DNA from: a virus
Taxonomy: Duplodnaviria; Caudoviricetes
Length of the DNA: 40,746 nt
IMG/VR virus record: IMGVR_UViG_3300038317_000316
Span: 1-40,746 of that record
Reading direction: 5' to 3' (one strand)
Shown piece after piece: positions 37,117 through 40,746 of the stretch (its first letter is position 1; each line of letters starts with the position of its first letter). The notes below the pieces were generated by a model that did not search any database, was not told the origin of the DNA, and saw only the letters and a list, made by a program, of their open reading frames with translations. A program made the position numbers and the translations under genes.

Positions 37117-38678
37117 TGGCAAATGTAACCTTCATTCCAGCAAAACCCAAAATTGGAAATAACGTCAGTAAGGACGAGGTTCCAATGCTCCGAGTCGCAG
37201 CCTACTGCCGAGTCAGCACAGATTCTGATGAACAGGAAACCAGCTACGATGCGCAGGTCAGCCACTATACGGAATACATTCAGCAAAATCCACAGTGGAC
37301 ACTGGCGGGAATTTTCGCGGATGACGGCATCTCCGGCACCAACACCAAAAAGCGTGACGAATTCAACCGCATGATCGACGAGTGCATGGCTGGTAACATC
37401 GACATGATTATCACAAAATCAATCTCACGTTTTGCCCGCAATACCCTCGACTGCCTGCAGTACATCCGACAACTCAAGGACAAGAACATACCGGTCTACT
37501 TCGAAAAAGAATCCATAAACACGATGGACGCCAAGGGCGAGGTGCTGATCACGATCATGGCGAGCCTTGCCCAGCAGGAAAGCCAGTCGCTCAGCCAGAA
37601 CGTGAAACTCGGTCTTCAGTACCGTTACCAGCAGGGAAAGGTCACCGTCAACCATAACCGCTTCCTCGGATACACAAAGGACAAGGACGGCAAGCTCATC
37701 GTTGACCCGGAACAGGCCGTAGTCGTAAAGCGAATTTACCGTGAGTACCTTGAGGGCTCCAGCATGAATAAGATTGCCTCCGGACTTGAGGCTGACGGCA
37801 TCCTCACCGGTGCCGGTAAAGAAAAATGGCACACCAGTACCATCAACAAGATTTTACGAAACGAGAAGTACATGGGTGACGCCCTACTGCAGAAAACCTA
37901 CACGACGGACTTCCTTACCAAGAAGCGAATCAAGAACAATGGCACAGTTCCTCAGTACTACGTCGAGGACGACCACCCTGCCATCATTCCGAAAGAAATC
38001 TTCATGCAGGTGCAGGAAGAACTTGTCCGCCGCAGGGTAGTTCACAAGAGTCCGTCAGGCAGGAAACGCACCTACTCCTGCAATCACTGCTTTGCCCAGA
38101 TCGTGGTCTGCGGCGAATGCGGAGAGCTTTACCGCCGCGTTCACTGGAACAACCGAGGCAAAAAGTCGATTGTCTGGCGGTGCATTAGCCGGCTGGAGAA
38201 CACCGGCCTGTACTGCGATGCCCGCACCGTACCGGAGAGTCAGCTGGAGCAGGTGCTGGTCAAGGCCATCAACCGGACGCTCTGTGACAAGGACGATTTT
38301 CTCGAAATCCTGCAGAAAAACATTGAAACCGTCCTCAGCCAAGGGAACGACCGGGCGCTCGCCGACATCGAAAATCGCTTGAAGGACCTTCAGGCGGAGC
38401 TTTTGAAGCTGGCCGTGTCCAATGCGGATTACGAGAAAGTGGGTAATGAAATCTACCGCCTGCGGGATGAAAAGCAAAAGGCCCTGATGGAAAGTGCCAA
38501 CCGCGACGAGGTCAAGAAGCGCATTGCCGACATGAGTACTTTTCTGCGGGAACAATCCACAGAAATTACGGAATACGATGAATCGCTGGTGCGCCGGCTG
38601 ATTGAAAAAGTCACTGTCTATGAGGGAAAATTCGCTGTGGAGTTCAAGTCCGGCGTGACGGTAGATGTGGAGGAATAA
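37116..38678 (+). CDS. Large serine recombinase 2
   Basis: [33 protein letters not shown]...WRC. Confidence 0.95.
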   Translation: MANVTFIPAKPKIGNNVSKDEVPMLRVAAYCRVSTDSDEQETSYDAQVSHYTEYIQQNPQWTLAGIFADDGISGTNTKKRDEFNRMIDECMAGNIDMIITKSISRFARNTLDCLQYIRQLKDKNIPVYFEKESINTMDAKGEVLITIMASLAQQESQSLSQNVKLGLQYRYQQGKVTVNHNRFLGYTKDKDGKLIVDPEQAVVVKRIYREYLEGSSMNKIASGLEADGILTGAGKEKWHTSTINKILRNEKYMGDALLQKTYTTDFLTKKRIKNNGTVPQYYVEDDHPAIIPKEIFMQVQEELVRRRVVHKSPSGRKRTYSCNHCFAQIVVCGECGELYRRVHWNNRGKKSIVWRCISRLENTGLYCDARTVPESQLEQVLVKAINRTLCDKDDFLEILQKNIETVLSQGNDRALADIENRLKDLQAELLKLAVSNADYEKVGNEIYRLRDEKQKALMESANRDEVKKRIADMSTFLREQSTEITEYDESLVRRLIEKVTVYEGKFAVEFKSGVTVDVEE

Positions 38679-38690
38679 GAGTAAAAATGG

Positions 38691-38730
38691 ACAAGGCGCT
38701 CTACGCGAATTTGAACGTAGGGTGCCTTGT
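38691..38730. terminator. Hairpin between convergent recombinase and MerR genes
   Basis: ACAAGGCGCTCTACG...CGTAGGGTGCCTTGT. Confidence 0.7.
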
Positions 38731-38735
38731 TATAC

Positions 38736-39461
38736 TTAAGATTTTTTCGCTGTACCAATCTCAACACAATAACCAGTATGACCGCAATGTGGGCAGGTTA
38801 GTTTTCTTGTTTTTGGTGTATGGCGGGAAAATATAAATTTAGTTATCGTGGGTCTAAATTTAGTATTACATTCCGCACAGATATATTCGGTGTTTTTGTA
38901 ATATATCCCTGTCAATAAAATTCCCAATAACAGGACAACAGGAAATCCTATCGCAAAGAAAATCCACAACCCCTTTGTAATCCAAATAATCACCGTTGTA
39001 ATTAAAATGATATCCATAAGCAGCCCAACGGCAACCATAGTAGCATGAATTCTTTTGAGTACTTTTTTACGTTCCATAATATGTTCTATGTCGCGAATTG
39101 AATTTACCGAGATTTTGCCTGTGCTTTGAATGTTTTCCTTAATAGCCGAAATAACATTCAATCGCTTTTGTCTGTTCTCAATTTCTGTATCAATTTGTTT
39201 TGCCTGCTCGTTGAGCAATAAAAGCAATATTTTTGCTTGATTGTCACTATCCAGTATTCCCTTAATTGTTCCAAGCGTTAATCCGAGCGCTTTAAGCATA
39301 CAAATAAAACGCAGTTTATTAAGATCATCGTCAGAATACAGCCGACGCCCTCCTTCCGTCAGTTGCGATGGTTTCAGCAAATCTTTTGCGTCATAAAATT
39401 GTACTGTCCGAACAGTGGTATCGCACAGCTTTGCCAATTCACCGGTCGTATATTGCGGCAT
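38736..39461 (-). CDS. MerR-family regulator with two TM helices and a C-terminal Zn ribbon
   Basis: YTTGELAKLC.TTVRTVQFYD...LL.P...EGGRRLY; hydrophobic pair; CAEC...CPHC; ATG 39461 after AAGGAGGTG. Confidence 0.88.
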   Translation of the reverse strand: MPQYTTGELAKLCDTTVRTVQFYDAKDLLKPSQLTEGGRRLYSDDDLNKLRFICMLKALGLTLGTIKGILDSDNQAKILLLLLNEQAKQIDTEIENRQKRLNVISAIKENIQSTGKISVNSIRDIEHIMERKKVLKRIHATMVAVGLLMDIILITTVIIWITKGLWIFFAIGFPVVLLLGILLTGIYYKNTEYICAECNTKFRPTITKFIFSRHTPKTRKLTCPHCGHTGYCVEIGTAKKS

Positions 39462-39482
39462 AGAAATCACCTCCTTGCCTTT

Positions 39483-39513
39483 ATCCTACACGATTACGCA
39501 ACGTCATGAGCAA
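39483..39513 (-). promoter_or_regulatory. MerR-type promoter with 19-bp spacer
   Basis: Minus strand TTGCTC-N19-TAGGAT with imperfect dyad ATGACG-TTG-CGTAAT in the spacer. Confidence 0.7.
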
Positions 39514-39591
39514 GGGGTCACGTAAGAGGATTTTTTGTATAAAACTTATTTTTTGTTCCATGAATAAGAATCAATACGAGTAAGGCACTTT

Positions 39592-40746
39592 TTACTCATC
39601 TATGCTTAATAATCGTTGCCTCCAATCCCCATAAAGCTTAGCAACTTTAGCTACTTTTAAAGCTGAATATATTAGTCCTCCTCCATTGGCTGTTGTATCT
39701 TCAGCAATCTGATATTTGTATTCATCTATAATCTGGCTATCTGCATAGTCGTCAAAATGCTCACAAAGATATACATCAAAATCCGTCTTTTCTTTTTTTC
39801 CCTTGAAAATCAAGAATTGGTTGTAATTTGGTTCCCGACTGGATATGTCCATACTTCCATGCGTAAAGATAGCCAGCATTTTTCCTTCAATTGTGTCCAT
39901 TTGATAATACGAGTAACAAGAATCGGGTTTTCCATTTATACAGCTGTTCGTTGCTTTCGGCAGGTATTTTCTGAATTCATCAAACGCCCATATCTCTGTC
40001 TCATATATTATTGTGTTATGGTACATGATATTTAGTTTAGCTAAATGCATAACAGGGTGTGTATAAAAAGCCGCTGCCGGCCACCAGCCTGGCTCAAAAT
40101 CTCCGATTCTCTGCATTCGGAATTCAGGGTGTTCTTTATGATATGCATAATCCTTGTTTCCCCAATCAAAAACCCATTTATTTGATTCATCAAGAAGTAC
40201 ATTAAGCCTCTTAAGAATCGGCTGATTAAGCCCAAAATGCTTCCCCCATAAATATTCAAGACACCAGTAAGGAGTGATGTCACCTTGTCCAGCCTTTCGA
40301 TCATTTAACCTGACATATATTTTCCCCGCTTCAACAACTTTAGCTTTAAGAGGATCATCGACTTTATTATCTTTATACTTCTCTGTCAAATAATATGGAG
40401 TATGCATCGTATTGCGAACAATTATGACATCTATTTCATGTTCCTCAAGATAGATCGTTTGCAAATCCACCTCAGGAGAATATGCTGCATACTTCTTGTT
40501 AGAAATAATCTGTGATAGATTTCTAAGTGGTAGACGATTTGGATCAGTTTCAACACCCTTAATGCTCCATGTCGAATCCTCAACCCCGAGGATGATATAT
40601 GCATCCATATCCTCAAGATTGTTTGCCATACAAAGGACATCAAGGAGCAACTCACCTTTATCGTTATACCACTCTTTCTTAAAATCCCAATAGCCGCCTT
40701 CACGTTTTAACAAAAGCAAATCTTTAACGGTATCTTGTAAATTCAT
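39592..40746 (-). CDS. AlbA_2/Schlafen-like domain protein with uncharacterised C-terminal domain
   Basis: REGGYWDFKKEW, D..CMANN, YIILGVED, PYYL, IYVR. Confidence 0.8.
   Translation of the reverse strand: MNLQDTVKDLLLLKREGGYWDFKKEWYNDKGELLLDVLCMANNLEDMDAYIILGVEDSTWSIKGVETDPNRLPLRNLSQIISNKKYAAYSPEVDLQTIYLEEHEIDVIIVRNTMHTPYYLTEKYKDNKVDDPLKAKVVEAGKIYVRLNDRKAGQGDITPYWCLEYLWGKHFGLNQPILKRLNVLLDESNKWVFDWGNKDYAYHKEHPEFRMQRIGDFEPGWWPAAAFYTHPVMHLAKLNIMYHNTIIYETEIWAFDEFRKYLPKATNSCINGKPDSCYSYYQMDTIEGKMLAIFTHGSMDISSREPNYNQFLIFKGKKEKTDFDVYLCEHFDDYADSQIIDEYKYQIAEDTTANGGGLIYSALKVAKVAKLYGDWRQRLLSIDE

Larger units (their letters stand above)
2171..38730 (+). mobile_element. Temperate siphovirus-like prophage (HK97-type head, PolA replication module, tandem serine recombinases); boundaries approximate
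   Basis: Complete colinear set of replication, packaging, head, tail, lysis and recombinase modules. att sites not found, so the flanking minus-strand genes may also belong to the element. Confidence 0.93.

Noticed and set aside
38679-39600. attR site near the recombinases
   Set aside because: No matching repeat found by eye at the left end. Serine recombinase cores are very short, and the ends may lie outside the window.
1-40746. tRNA/rRNA genes or alternative genetic code
   Set aside because: No cloverleaf or rRNA-like sequence noticed; genes are full length under the standard code.

Overview
The window is an almost complete temperate siphovirus-type prophage from a Firmicutes (Clostridia/Lachnospiraceae-like) host. 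On the + strand the modules run in this order: sigma-70-like regulator; replication (Cas4-like DUF2800, DUF2815 SSB, family A DNA polymerase, P4-type primase/helicase, VRR-NUC, SNF2); late activator; HNH/cos/terminase, with a ParB-methyltransferase and small moron genes between terS and terL; HK97-type head; long tail; holin-endolysin; and a three-gene serine recombinase cassette. Minus-strand accessory genes flank it: an ABC-three-component/Lamassu-like defence operon on the left, and a membrane-anchored MerR plus an AlbA_2/Schlafen protein on the right. No att sites or stand-alone CI repressor could be identified. The most striking observations are: (1) the endolysin is split by a 35-bp foreign insert flanked by an exact 30-bp duplication, which is the geometry of a Cas1-Cas2 spacer integration; (2) a three-copy intergenic element, CGCTCAAAT-N7-TCATCTCCAGTGGAA, whose variable N7 covaries with a downstream arm; (3) a structured, attenuator-like leader that locks the sigma-like gene; (4) a defence effector with a possible repressor-like N-terminus occupying the CI position. 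All product calls come from motif and synteny recognition by eye, not from database searches.
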